This document shows, piece after piece, positions 26,260 to 39,820 of a stretch of DNA of 64,000 bases. The notes below the pieces were generated by a model. The model ran no database searches and was not told where the DNA came from. It saw nothing but the letters and a program-made list of their open reading frames with translations. A program made the translations under genes and the position numbers. This stretch comes from Malacoraja senta (Eukaryota). Where the stretch lies: NCBI GenBank assembly GCA_038087875.1, contig CM075992.1:8186001-8250000 (forward strand), written 5' to 3'. Numbering within the stretch: position 1 is the first letter of the stretch; the number at the start of each line of letters is the position of its first letter.

Positions 26260-26960
26260 TTGGTGCAGGAGTAGGCCATTCAGCCCTTTGAGCCAGCACC
26301 GACATTCAATATGATCATGGCTGATCATCCTAAATCAGTACCCTGTTCAAGCTTTTTTCCCCAGAGGATTGTTCTACGAAACAGCTTTTTTCCCAAAATC
26401 CCTTGATTCCCTTAGTCTGAAGAGCTTAATCGAACTTTCTCATGAAAACATTAATTGAATTGGCCTCCATTTCCTTCTGTGGCAGAGAATTCCACAGATT
26501 CACAACTCTCTGGGTGAAAAAGTTTTTCCTCATCTCAGTCCTAAATGGCCTTATTCTTAAACTGTGTCCCCTGGTTATGGACTCCCACAACATCGGGAAC
26601 ATTTTTCCTGCATCTACCCTGTCCAATCCTCTAAGAATTTTATATGTTTCTATAAGATTCCCTCTCATCCTTCTAAATTCCAGCGAATACAAGCCCAGTC
26701 AACCCATTCTTTCATATGTTAGTCCCGCCATCCCGGGAATTAACCCGGAGAACCTACGCTACACTCCCTCAATAGCAATAATGTCCTTCCACAAAGTAGG
26801 AGACCAAAACTGCACACAATACTCCAGGTGAGGTCTCGTCAGGGCCCTGTACAACTGCAGTTGGACCTCCTTGCTCCTAAACTGAAATCCTCTCGCAATG
26901 AAGGCCAATGTGCCATTAGCTTTCTTCACTGCCTGGTGTACCTGCATGCTTACTTTCAGT
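26260..26960 (-). mobile_element. CR1 (HER1-like) LINE 3' fragment
   Basis: ORFs with LYRALTRPHLEYCVQFWSP and YSLEFRRMRGNLIETYKILRG...FFTQRVVNLWNSLP. Similar fragments occur at about 18000-18500, 20055-20730, 24185-24930, 27650-28090, 38870-39260 and 52207-52675. Confidence 0.9.
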
Positions 26961-28235
26961 GCCTTTCATTTACCATCCATTTTAACCAACACTCTTTCTA
27001 TGAACTCAATCATTTTTTATGCACATCTTTAGGGAATGGTTCCTGGAATTTTGCATACATATTCTCCAGATATTCCATTAATTATACTATTTTTCCAAAA
27101 ACTCAAATTTCTCAAAGCTTTCGTTTAATATTTTTGATTTTCCCAAGGCCTTTCTAAGACATCCAGAAATCTCTTATTATTTTGAATAGCTAAGCAGTTA
27201 CAAGTTGCCAATTCTCGTCACAAGTATAGATATTAGTAAACTATGTACTTTTACATCTTATATACACTAGCAATTTGCAGAAGTTCAGGTTTACAGTATG
27301 CTGCATTCTAATCTACTTTTTAGGTTTTCAGTTCAATGCCCAGTGGAATTTTGAAAGAGCAGAGGATTGTTCTACGAAACAGCTGCAAATTAGTCCCTTC
27401 CCCTTTGACCTCAACACTTATCTTTTTTTTACCGGCAGAAAGCCAATTCCCATCTGAATCTGCTGCCATCTCCATTTTCAGCAGTTTGCAATTGATTATT
27501 TTTTGTCCTCTGTTCACCATGAATGGAATTGCTTTCTCCCAATATAAAAAGCACATAGTCCTGAATGCTTTTACAAATCTCAATGGTCCTTTAACCCTTT
27601 ACTGTTGAACAAATTAGTTATGCACTCCTCAAACTTTCCCCAGGAATCCCAGGATTGAGTAGCTTAACATATGATGAGCGTTTGACAGCACTGGGCCTAT
27701 ACTCGCTGGAGTTGAGGGGGGTACCTCATTGAAACCTACCGAATAATGAAAGGCCTGGATAGAGTGGATGTGGGGAGGATGTTTCCACTAGTCGGAGAGT
27801 CTAGGACCAGAGGTTATTGCCTCAGAGTTAATGGATGTTCCTATAGGAAGGAGATGAGGATAAATTTCTTCAGTCAGAGGGTGGTGAATCTGTGGAGTTC
27901 ATTGCCATGGAAGGCTGTGGAGACCAAGTCAAAGGATATTTTTAAAGTCGGAGATAGATTCTAGATTAGTATGGGTATCAGTTGTTATGGGAAGAAGGCA
28001 TAAGAAGGGAAAGATAGATCAGCCATGATTGAATGGCAGAGTAGACTTGATGGGCCAAATGGCCTAATTATGCTCCTATCACTTATGAACAAACTTTCTA
28101 TCAAAGTGAACAATCAGATTAATTATCAATTTGAAAAGTAACTAAAATCAGGCATTGCTAAATGAAGATTTGGGAATGAATATCACTTGCAACAACAGAT
28201 TAACGTTCATGAAATGTGAAAGCTACCATGACTCA

Positions 28236-28433
<198 letters not shown>

Positions 28434-28452
28434 TTAAGTAGATTGTTTGTTT

Positions 28453-28455
28453 TGT

Positions 28456-28489
<34 letters not shown>

Positions 28490-28507
28490 ACGTGTGTGTG
28501 TGTGTGT

Positions 28508-28554
<47 letters not shown>

Positions 28555-28703
28555 TGTGTGTGTGCGTGTGTATGTGTGTACGCACGTGTGTGTGTGTGTG
28601 TATGTACGTGTGTGTGTGTGTGTAGGTGTGCGTACGTGTACGTGTGTGTGTGTACGTGTGTGTGTGTACGTGTGTGTAAGTGTGTGTAAGTGTGTGCGCG
28701 CGC

Positions 28704-28730
<27 letters not shown>
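28453..28730. repeat. (TG)n microsatellite punctuated by TACG units
   Basis: Directly visible; begins about 40 nt from the acceptor at 28414. Confidence 0.97.
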
Positions 28731-28734
<4 letters not shown>

Positions 28735-29132
28735 ATCGAGATATGTGTAGGAAAGAACTGCAGATGTTGGTTTGAAGGGAAGGTAGACACAAAAAGCTGG
28801 AGTAACTCAGCGGGACAGGCAGCGTCTCTGGAAAGGCGGAATGGGTGATGTTTCGGGTTGAAACCCTTCTTCAGACTTTGATCTATATATGTATATATAT
28901 ATATGTGTGTGTGTGTGTATTTGTGAGTATGTGTATATATACACACTGAACTTTTTTTCTCTTGTTTATTATATTGTTTACAGTGTACTGTTTACATATT
29001 CTGTTGTGCTGCTGCAAGGAAGAATTTCATTGTTCTATCTGAGACGTATGACAATAAAACACTCATCTTGACTCTTGTCTAGATAGACACAAAAAGTTGG
29101 AGTCAAAGAAAGAAGTTGGGTCCCACTTTAGA

Positions 29133-29670
29133 CGTGTCGGAAAGAAGTGCAGATGCTGGTTTACACCAAAGATAGACACAAAATGCTGGAGTAACTCCGC
29201 GGGACAGGCAGCATCTCTCGAGAAAAGGAATTGGTGACGCTTCGGGACGAGACACTTCAGACTGAGAGTCAGGGGAGAGGGAACCGAGAGATATGAAACG
29301 GTACATAGAACAAATTAATGAAAGAAAGAAAGCAAAAAGAAAGATCAAAGCCAGCAACAATGACCAAGGAAAGATTATGGAGCCCACAATGGTCCATTGC
29401 TGGCTGTGGGGAAGGTGATAACGAGTAATACAAACTGAAACTCAGTAGGACGACTGTGAAACTAGTACGATGACTAGGGTGGGGGAGGGATGGAGAGAGG
29501 GGATGCAAGGGTTACTTGAAGTTAGAGAAATCGATATTCATACCGCTGGGGTGTAAGCTGCCCAAGTGTAATATGAGGTGCTGTTCCTCCATTTTGCATT
29601 TGGCCTAACTCTGACAGTGGAGGGGGGCCAGGACAGAAAGGTCAGCATGGGAATGGGATGTGGAGTCTTA
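29133..29670 (-). mobile_element. Penelope-like element 3' end: GIY-YIG C-terminus, 3' UTR and hammerhead-bearing pLTR
   Basis: Minus strand gives SHSHADLSVLAPLHCQS*AKCKMEEQHLILHLGSLHPSGMNIDFSNFK*, followed by the same CAGTCTGAAG...CGAA.CGTCACC...CAGCATCTGCA repeat found in the hairpin insertions. Confidence 0.85.
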
Positions 29671-30803
29671 GATCACAAAAACAGCTTCTTGTCAGGATGA
29701 ACAAAAGGACACACATCGTGGCCTCACCAGGTTGTGAGAACATCTCTCCCACTTCACACATTGGACCTCCCCGACATTCACCAGGATGGTTATGCTAGAT
29801 CAATTGGACTCTGCCGCGTCCAGTTCGCTTCCTGGATGCTCCACCTAGGTTTATCCTTCCACTGTTCCAGCATAGCATCACGATGAAACCAAGTGACTTG
29901 CGAGGCCATTTCTGAATCAACATCAGTGACTCTATCGTCACACATGAGTCAGAGCTGGAAAAGGGGGTTGGGGCAAATTTCTTCATTTCCTCTCTGAAGG
30001 AGATTAGTGAACTGGGTGGCATTACAATGGATAGTTCTAAAAATAAAATCTCACAGGGTGGGGTTTTGAAGCCAGGACCCTGGATTACTCGACTGCAGCA
30101 CCTCATCACCATCAACTGAGAAGGGAGAGAAATCAAAAGCTGAATACTTTAAGTGTGAATTACAGGACTAGAAAGACTGGATGGAGTGGATGTTTCCACT
30201 AGTGGGAGAGTCTAGGACCAGAGGCCATAGCCACAGAATCAAAGGACGTACATCTATAAAGGAGATGGAGGAATTTCTTTAATCAGAGGGTGGTGAATCT
30301 GTGGAATTCATTGCCACAGAAGGCTGTGGAGGCCATCAATGGATATTTTTAAGGCAGAGATTTACAGACTCCTGATTAGTACGGGTGTCAGGGGTTATGG
30401 AGAGAAGGCAGGAGAATTGAGTTGAGAGGGAAAGATACGTCAGCCACAATTAAATGTAATCTGAATTAGGCCATCAGTCTGAAGAAAGGTCTCATCCCGA
30501 AAAGTCACCCATTCCTTCTCTCCAGAGATGCAGCCTGTCCTGCTGAGTTACTCCAGCATTTTGTGTCTAGCCACAGTGTGCAGCTTTGCACTCTCTGATG
30601 AGGTAGGAAGGAGAGTCAACAAACAGAGCAGAACCAAACCATGCACCTGTGGGGTGGGAACCAGCAGCTAAAGCTACAAGACTGAAAGGAGAATGATGAG
30701 TCACGCGTAAAGAATGCCAGAGTGTGAACGTAATGAAACCATGGGCGTCACTGCTTTCATCACATCCCACGATCGAGATTCACAATCAAAAACAATTTCC
30801 AAA

Positions 30804-32116
30804 ACAGAATTTAAAATTAAGAAACCTATCATCTCAATACCAATAGTTAATAACCCATCGTTTAAACCTTCAACCATAGACAAATCATTTATACAATGGG
30901 AAAGAATGGGAATCAAAACGCTCGAAGATCTGTATGAATTGGGAAAATTACTATCATTTCAACAACTACAACTGAAATATAATCTGAAAAATAATCAATA
31001 TTTTAAATATCTACAAATTCGTGATTACCTGAAAAAATACACAAAAGACTATCATAATATGCCTTCCGACTTACTAGATGAAGCAATGAAGACAAAGGCG
31101 GAATCAGCTAATTAATATCGTACTTATATAATATCATTTTAAACATAGAAATACCCACAACAGATGGAATTAGAAGAGGCTGGGAACAAGAATTAGCTAT
31201 AAAAATTTCAAAAGAGAGCTGCGATAACCACTTACTACAGGTGCATAAATGTTCGATCAACGTACGACATACGCTCATCCAATTCAAAACATTACATAGA
31301 CTATATTATTCAAAAACTAAATTAAATAAAATCTTTCCTAATGTTTTACCAATCTGTGATAAATGTCTATGTCAAGAAGCTACCATAGCGCATTCTTTTG
31401 TTTTTTGTACAAAAATCCAAAAATTCTGGTATGAAATATTTGATATTTTCTCAAAATTAATTAAAATAAAACTGGTACCAAAACCAGAATGGATCATTTT
31501 TGGAATATCGGAAGGTATCCCTGAATTAAACGTGTATCAGAAGAACTTATTCAATTACGGGCTAATAATGGGAAAAAGGCTCATACTTAAATTCTGGAAA
31601 AATGCGCCCACACCAACAATAAAAATGTGGACATCAGATATGTTGGAAACATTACATCTGGAAGAGATGAGATTCCTCTTAGCAGGTAAAGCAGACCAAT
31701 TCCAAAAGACGTGGTCTACGTTTTTGGACCTATTACAAGCATGAGGTGCAATAGTAATTTAAAAAATAAATAAATAAAGAAATGGTATCAGGACCTGGTA
31801 ATGGGAGGTAAAACAATAAAAACAGACTTGGTTGGTGGTTCCCTTTCTGCGATTGTTCCTACTTTCTTTTTCTTTCTTTTCTAGGATCTACTTTCTTACT
31901 TTACTTCCTTCTCTAACTTCTTTTCTAAGGGGCTTTCTTTTCACAACACTCTCTTGCACCTCACGACTCTTGCGCACTTTCTTTACTTTTCTTACTTCTA
32001 TCTTTCTCTTAAAGCTCAAAAAAATGAAGCGGTACAAAAAATGTATTAAGATATAAGTGTTGTGTATTACTGTCATTTACCGTACTTCTAATAAAAATAA
32101 AATTAAAAAAAATAAA
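30804..32116 (+). mobile_element. 5'-truncated L1/Tx1-clade LINE
   Basis: ORF2 C-terminus with CCHC knuckle CDKC..QEATIAHSFVFC; AATAAA and A-rich tail; TSD AAAAACAATTTCCAAA at 30788-30803 and 32117-32132. Confidence 0.9.
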
Positions 32117-32254
32117 AAAAACAATTTCCAAAGTTACGAATCAAATCAAAGAAGGATGAACTATCTGAGGCAAATAATGCAGCTTTGTTTAAAGGGAAAT
32201 GAGACAACCTTATGTGAAAAAGACATGAAGACCAGTGTGATGATGACAGAGTAA

Positions 32255-32567
32255 AGGGCCTGTCCCACTTAAGCGACTTGCCGGCACCCATCATAGTCGC
32301 AGCAGGTTGCTGAAAATTTTCAACATGTTGAAAATCCAGCGGAGACCAGAAAAAGGTTGAACTCTTTGGGCGACTACTCACGAACATACAGGCGTCATGT
32401 GTCGACATGGGTAACGCCTGTATGGTCGTGAGTAGTCGCCCAAAGAGTTGTACCTTTTTCTGGTCGCCGCTAGATTTTCAACATGTTGAGAATTTTCAGC
32501 AACCTTCTGCGACTATGACGGGTGCTGGCAAGTCGCCGAAAAAAATCGAGTAAGTGGGACAGGCCCT
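32255..32567. mobile_element. Palindromic MITE, PIF/Harbinger-like (313 bp)
   Basis: TIR AGGGCCTGTCCCACTT; TAA on both flanks (32252-32254 and 32568-32570), consistent with a TWA target-site duplication. Confidence 0.85.
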
Positions 32568-32672
32568 TAAGCAAATACATCTGCTCGTCCGAAGGACAGT
32601 TATGCTCTATTTCATTCTTCAATTGTGAATGAAATACAGTGCACCTGTGATTAAATAGGAAATAAAATTTCA

Positions 32673-32783
<111 letters not shown>

Positions 32784-35532
32784 CTATGGTGACAAATGCT
32801 AAAGTGCAAAGAAAACAGACTGTTCACTTCTTTCACCTCAAGGTCTGAGGTGATAATTATGTGTAAATCAAAGTGCTGGAGGAACTCAGCAGGTTAGGCA
32901 GTATTTGTGGAGGAAATGGACAGATAACATTTCGAGTCAGGACCCTTCTTCAGACTGACATGATAACATTGTAGTTCAATGGTTGAAAGTCTTGGTGAAT
33001 GTCTATATTAGACTAGAGAAACTAGGAACTGCTGATTAATACACAAAAAGACATAAAGGGCCGGCGTAACTGTGGGCCAGACAGCATCTCTGGAGTACAT
33101 GGATTGGTGATTTTGAGTTGAGACCCTTATTCAGACTCGAATAAGGGTCAACCCAAAACGTCACCTATTCATGTTCTCCAGAGATGCTTCCTGACCTGCT
33201 GAGTAACTCTTCCATTTTGTGTCATTTTTCTATCTTACTTCCTTTCATGAGTGACGACTAAAGAGTTTGGTAGTTCAAATTTTTATTACTAATCAAAAAA
33301 AGTATAGCAAACAAAAAATATAGTTTGCTTTCATTTATCTGTAGTAGAAAGACAATAACTCACCATTACTGGGTTAAGATATGCTGAATACAATAATTCT
33401 AAATAGGTAATAAGTCGTCCGACCTATCACTTTCACCTTGAAGGGTCCAGTCATCCAGAAATATCATGCTCATAAATTCATATGTCATTGGAGCAGAAGT
33501 AGATCATTCGGCCCATCGAGTGCACACCGCTATTCAATCATGGCTGATCTCTTTCCCTTTCAACCCCATTCTCCGTCTTCCCCCCATAAACCTTGACACA
33601 CGTACTAATCAAGAATCTGTTAATCTCCACCTTAAAAATATCCATTGACGGCCTCCAAAGCCTTCTGTGGCAATGAATTCCAGAGTCACCACACTCTTGA
33701 CTAAATAAATTCCTCCTCATCTCCTTTCTAAAGATGCATCCTTTTATTCTGAGACTGTACCCTGTGATCCTAGAATCTCCCACCAATGGAAAGATACTCT
33801 CTGCATCCGCTCTGTCCTTTCACTATTCGGTAAGTATCAGATGGATACACTTCTAGAACATTTTAGAACTCTATTAGATTAAAAAATGGCCACAATCAAA
33901 AATGTACTCAATGATTATGACATAAGATGTCCACTTCTGCATTGTGGCTTGGCTTCTCCTTGACACAACAACCACAATTAATTTACTGCATTAAGCTACC
34001 ACATCAACTGACACTGAAGCAGTGAATTTTAGACAGAATGTTCCTTTTCACCGAGAATATCCAGTGTCAGAAATGTATTAGAAGCAACAAACTGATCAGA
34101 TGCTTCTGACAATAGACAATAGACAATAGGTGCAGGAGTAGGCCATTCGGCCCTTCGAGCCAGTACCGCCATTCAATGTGATCATGGCTGATCATCCCCA
34201 ATCAGTACCCCGTTCCTGCCTTGTCCCCATATCCCCTGACTCCGCTATCTTTAAGAGCCCTATCTAGCTCTCTCTTGAAAGCATCCAGAGAATAAATGTC
34301 CAATCATAAAGATGTCTTAAGCTTCTGTCCATAATAATCAGTGTAAACAGTTCAATTCTACAGTCATGTGAAGACTTTACTTCAGGCTCTATTAGAAGTA
34401 GAATACTAATAACGAATGTGATGTGCACAAATGTTTTTTTTAACTGTACAGGGTTTTCATGTTCTTCCAGTGACTGCGTGGGTTTTCCCCGGGTGCTCTG
34501 GTTTCCTCTCACATTCCAAAGACATGCAGGTGGCTTCTGTAAATTGTTCATTCGTTGCAACTTCCACTCCAAATCAACCATCATACCAGCATGTTAAACA
34601 TTTAAGTTCAAGTTCGTGTTTATTGTCACTTAACCAATTAAGGTACAGTGAAATTTAAGTTACAATTTCATGTTCAATATTACCCACTCATTTTCAGGAA
34701 TATATGAACAGGAGTTTTCACACTCTCTCTAATGGTTGGCAGGCTTCTAATTGTGATCATGCATAGACTAAGAGCCTGAAACATCCCCACTGCTTTTTGA
34801 CAACCTGCCTTGAAGTTTCTACCAATTTTCAGAACTATTCCATTAATTGTAAAGGCCATTACAAGATCAATTTTAAGAAATTAATTATTGAACATCAAGG
34901 ATCAGAATTTGTATTAAACATTCAGACACAAAGATCATTTCACTGCACTTCTTGTCTGTGTATGTGACAAATAAAGTTGACTTGATTTGAAATGTTTTGA
35001 AGGCCACCACAATGAGACAACTAACCAGAAGGACAGAATTTTGTAACAATGGGAACTTCCCATCTCATAACACCTTCCGCTTACAAACATCCCCCAGTGC
35101 TTCACGAGGGTTTAAGGATAATCAAAGCAATGTGATAACCTTTTGATACCAGAAATCGATTTGAAGTGAACGTTTTTGTTTGTAAATGTATTTTCAAAAT
35201 ACTTTTGGACAACTTTAAATCACACAACGCAAAAGGAGATCACCCAATGTACTGTGGTCAGCGAGGAAGAGTTGGGAAGAAGGGTCTGTTTCCCTGCTGT
35301 ATGATTCTATGACTCTAAAGTGCTTTTACCACCTCATCCAATGATGAAAATGAAGACAATACTGCAAAATGAGAGACAAGGTTTTTTCAACCAGCCCAAT
35401 ATCTCAAAGTGATCCCACTTCACGGCTATCCTATTTCTGTGCATTCATAGATCCCACTCCTCCCTCCTTTCCTCATTACTGTTTGTTCAATTCCTGCTTA
35501 CTGCAATCTCTCCCTTACCTGCACTTTTCCAC

Positions 35533-36037
35533 CGGGTGACGCCATCAGCAATGGCAGCCTCGCCAATGGTCTGTCTGTCTTTTCGTCTTTTTTGTTATTT
35601 TTTGTGTGCTTTAAAAGTACGTGTTAATATGCTCTGGTCTGTTTTTATGTGGGGGATGGGGAAGGGGGTCGGGGGAAACTTTTTTTCAATCTCTTACCTT
35701 GCCGGAGATGCGATTGTTTTCCGGATCGTATCTCCGGTCGCTCTGCGGCCTAACTTCATGGAGCTGGCAGCCTTGCTCGGGACTGACTTTGAGCCCCACC
35801 GCGGGGACGTGGACTTACCATCAGAGCCTGCGATCCCTTACCTGGGATCAACGCTCCAACCGTGGCCTGCGGATTTCACCATCGAGGAGCTCGCAGTCTC
35901 GGGTAGAGACTGATGTCGGGAAGCTCCAAAGTCGCAGAAGGTTTTGTTGCTTTTTATTGGTATGACAGTATGGCAAATCAAATGCCTTGTATGTTGCAAA
36001 ACATACTTGGCTAATAAAGTAATTATGATTATGATTA
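35533..36037 (+). mobile_element. GC-rich non-autonomous retroposon with Rex1-like tail
   Basis: GC-rich head, T-tract, G-tract and hairpin 35701-35738; tail CCTTGTATGTT...ATACTTGGC.AATAAA shared with the LINE fragment at 53580-53915; ends (ATGATT)n. Confidence 0.65.
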
Positions 36038-36467
36038 CAAAATTACTGGCGTTGTGGGCAATGAGAAAGGTTATCTAAGATTACAACAGGATCTTGATCA
36101 ACTGGTCCAATAGACTGAGGAACAGCAGATGGAATTTAATTCAGATAAATGCGCAAGGTGTAGCATTTTGGTTTAGACAAACCAGAGCAACTCTTACATA
36201 GTTAGTAGTAGGGCCACTGGGGATGAAAAACTCAAGGGATTGGGTACAAAGTTCTATGAAAGTGGCGACACAGATAGAGAGGGTGGTGAAGAAGGCATTT
36301 GGTATACCTGCCTTCTTCAATCAATGTGCTCAATACACGAATTGGTATGTAATGCTACAGCTGTAGAAGACATTGGTAAACCCACATTAGGAATATTCTA
36401 ATTGCCCTGCTATGGGACGGATGTCATTAAACAAAAAAGAGTGATAACAATATTTACAAGGATGTTT

Positions 36468-36650
36468 AAGAAGGAACTGCAGATGCTAGAAAGTTGAACG
36501 TAGGCAAAAATGTTGGAGAAACTCAGCGGGTGAGGCAGCATCAATGGAGCAAAGGAAATAGGCAACGTTTTGGCCCGAAACGTTGCCTATTTCCTTCGCT
36601 CCATAGATGCTGCCTCACTCACTGAGTTTCTCCAGCATTTTTGTCTACCA
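36468..36650. mobile_element. Penelope-derived hairpin insertion in a CR1 fragment
   Basis: Near-perfect inverted arms; perfect 14-bp TSD TTACAAGGATGTTT at 36454-36467 and 36651-36664. Confidence 0.85.
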
Positions 36651-37430
36651 TTACAAGGATGTTTCCTGGTTTGAATGGTTTGAGAGGAGAAGCTAGATAA
36701 TCTGGGTCTTTTTTCCCTTGAGGATAGGAGGTTGACGGGTGACCATATACTGGCATATTAAAATATGCAAGGCACAGATATGATGAATGACCACAGGATT
36801 TTTCCAAGGGTATGGAAACCAAATACAAGAGGGTTGAGATTTAAGGCAAGAGGGGAACGATTTAAAAAGGGACCTGAGGGGGACATTTTCACACGGAGTG
36901 TCGTGCGTGCTTGGACTGAGCTACCAGAGGAAGTGGAAGAGACGGGTACAATTATGACATTTAAAAGACACGAACAGATCTATGGATAGGAACATTTTAG
37001 AGGGAAAATAATAAAAATGAACCACATATTCTGGTTTATACCAAAGACAGACACAAAGTGCTGGAGTAACTCAGCGGGTCAGGCAGCATCTCTGGAGAAC
37101 ATGGACAGGTGATGTTTCGGATCGGGACCCTTCCTCAGACTGAACAGATGACCTGAAACTCCACCTGTCCATTTTCTCCAGAGATGCTGCCTGACCCACT
37201 GAGTTACTCCAGCTCTTTGTGTCCATCTTAAGTTTCGGAGGGATATGAGCCAGCCACAGGCAACTGAAGAAAGGGGTATTTGTAGATCAGGACCTCAGAC
37301 CTGGCACAAAAACCATGACTAGAGAGGCGATCCCTGCCTTATAATATACTTCTGAACTCAAGCAATCTCCAGCAAGCATCTCAAGGTAATGGAAAATTGC
37401 CACATAATTCCACATAAAATGCCAGATAAA

Positions 37431-37770
37431 GCGAGACCAAGCGCAGGCTCGGCGATCGCTTCACCCAACGCCTCTGCTCAGCGTATACTAACCAACCTGA
37501 TCTCCCGGCAGCTCAGCACTTCAACTCCCCTCCCATTCCCAATCTGACCTTTCTGTCCTGGGCCTCCTCCATTGCCAGAGTGAGGCCCAGCCCAAATTGG
37601 AGGTACAGCACCTCATATTTTGCTTGGGTAGTTTACACCCCAGCGGGATGAACATTGACTTCTCTAACTTCAGATAGTCTTTGTTTTCTCCCTCCTTCCC
37701 CTCACCTTTCATAGCTCTCCCACAAGCCTACTGTCTCCGCCTCTTCCTTCCTTTTTCCCGCCCCCCCTCA
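37431..37770 (+). mobile_element. Penelope-like GIY-YIG endonuclease remnant
   Basis: ETKRRLGDRF...PDLPAAQHFNSP, one frameshift, then SDLSVLGLLHCQSEAQPKLEVQHLIFCLGSLHPSGMNIDFSNFR* (stop 37675-37677). Confidence 0.85.
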
Positions 37771-37882
37771 CGGGAGCACAATTTACAGGGGCCAATTAAC
37801 CTGCAAACGTGCGTGTGTGTGGGGAAAGATTTACAAAACAAACCACAGACCAGTGGCAATCCTACCCAATTTGAGTGCTTAC

Positions 37883-37958
37883 CTTTCCAAAGTGTCCCCT
37901 GCCCAAGACTGCAATGAGTTTGAAATCATGTAGGCTCAGTGAGGTTTTGAGAGGTATG
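37883..37958 (-). CDS. PKN1: PKN exon, start of kinase domain: IPLKTSLSLHDFKLIAVLGRGHFGK
   Basis: atacag|C acceptor and AAG|gtaagc donor; 76 bp; glycine-rich loop LGRGHFGK typical of PKN kinases. Confidence 0.95.
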
Positions 37959-38356
37959 CTGTATGAAGGAAAAGGAATACATTAATGCGAATGACAATCA
38001 AAATTTACAGTTCAGTCTTTGTTAAGGATGCAATGGTATTTAGATTCATAGAAGTTTACAGTACACAAGGGCATTCAGTCATAGGCATAACCCAAAAGCA
38101 TCACCATTGAATTCTCCAATTTCAATTAACCAGAAAACCCCTGTCTCTTTCTCCTCCTATTTATCCTGATCCTCGCTCACATGCCCTGTGAGAAGGCAGG
38201 AGAATGGGGGTGAGAGGGAGAGATAGGTCAACCATGATAGAATGGCAGAGTAGACTCGATGGGCCAAATGGCCTAATTCTGCTGCTATGACTTACGGACT
38301 TATGAACTTCCCACAATACCGTCAGTCCCCAATCAAACTATTTCTTTACCCTACAT

Positions 38357-38634
38357 TAGGGGTGGGGAACCTTTTCATGTTGGAATGCCGCATTAAGTTA
38401 GCTGCAATCTAATAAGGCCGCATCCAAGAAACTTCAATTAGATATAGGATTATTTTGTTGAATCTTCTTGTACTCTTTGGTATTTTAAATACGTTCATTT
38501 TAAGATTAAAATTAAAATAATAAAAGACGAACAAAAACATATTAATAAAAATAAAAGGATTTGTTCTACAAAATTTGGATTCATTCAAAAGGCCGCACTT
38601 AATGGCCTAGAAGGCCGCAGGTTCTCCACCCCTG
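38357..38634. mobile_element. hAT-family MITE
   Basis: TIR (T)AGGGGTGGGGAACCT...AGGTTCTCCACCCCTG; 8-bp TSD CCCTACA(T/C) at 38349-38356 and 38635-38642. Confidence 0.85.
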
Positions 38635-39820
38635 CCCTACACAGATCTAGCCTATCTGCTCAACACCGACACACACCTCCCACTGAATAATCCGCTTCCC
38701 CACCCCACCCTACCACTGCTCACCCCTCCCCGCCCACTGAAACTCTTGATTGGGTTCCACTCTTCACCTTCCTAATTTAGTAGTTAAAGGAACTTCAGAC
38801 AAGAGTGACCAAAATGTGGGAGAATTTCTTCTGAAGACTGAAGGCAATTTATTTCAATCTGAGCCAGCATGTTAAAGGAGCAGAATTGGGCCATTCGCCT
38901 CTCAACCTCATTCTCCTGCCTTCTCCCCATAACCCTCGACACCCTCGAATCTGCCAATCTCTGCCTTAAAAATACACAACGACCTTGACTCCACAGCCGT
39001 CTGTGGCCATGAATTCCACAGATTCACCGCCCTCTGACTAAAGAAATTCCTCCTCATCTCCTTTCTAAAGGTACGTCCTTTTATTCTGAGGCTGTGCCCT
39101 CTGGTCCTAGACACTCCCACGAGTGGAAACATCCTCTCCACATCCACTCTATCCAGGCCTTTCACTGTTCGGTAAGTTTCAATGAAGTTCCCCCTCATCC
39201 CTCTAAACTCCAATGAGTAGAGGCCCACTGCCGTCAAATGGTCATCATACGTTAAATCACAACGTCAAATTATCAAGATACAAGGCATAGGTTGACTATA
39301 GTTGATTGTGCAATTAGTTTAAAAGGTATAGATGACTGTAAACAATCACAAACATTTATAATTACACACTGAATGCCACGGTACCAGAGAGTAGTGAGGA
39401 ATACAGGGATCTTTCTTGAACCAGTTCATAGATCACTAAATGGGCAGCCCAGGCAGATGGATGGTGGTGACAGTATCTATGATACGAGCATTCATCAGCC
39501 GGGCGACGCAGAATACACGGACAGTGAGGTCTTGGTACAACTTTATAGATTTTGGTTAGGCCACAGCTAGATCTGGTCACCACACTGGCAGAAGGATGCG
39601 ACTGCATTAGAGGGAGCGCAGAGGAGACTCGCCAGGATGTTGCCTGGGGTGGAGTGTTTTAGTTAGGAGGAGGTTGGATAGGCAGGGCTTGTTTTTCTTG
39701 GAGCATAATGTTTGGGACACAGGGCGTCACAGGCATTTGTAATTGCTCAGGTGTGTTTAATTGCTCCTTAATGCAGGTATAAGAGAGTTATCTGCACCTA
39801 GTCTTTCCTCCAGTCTTTCT

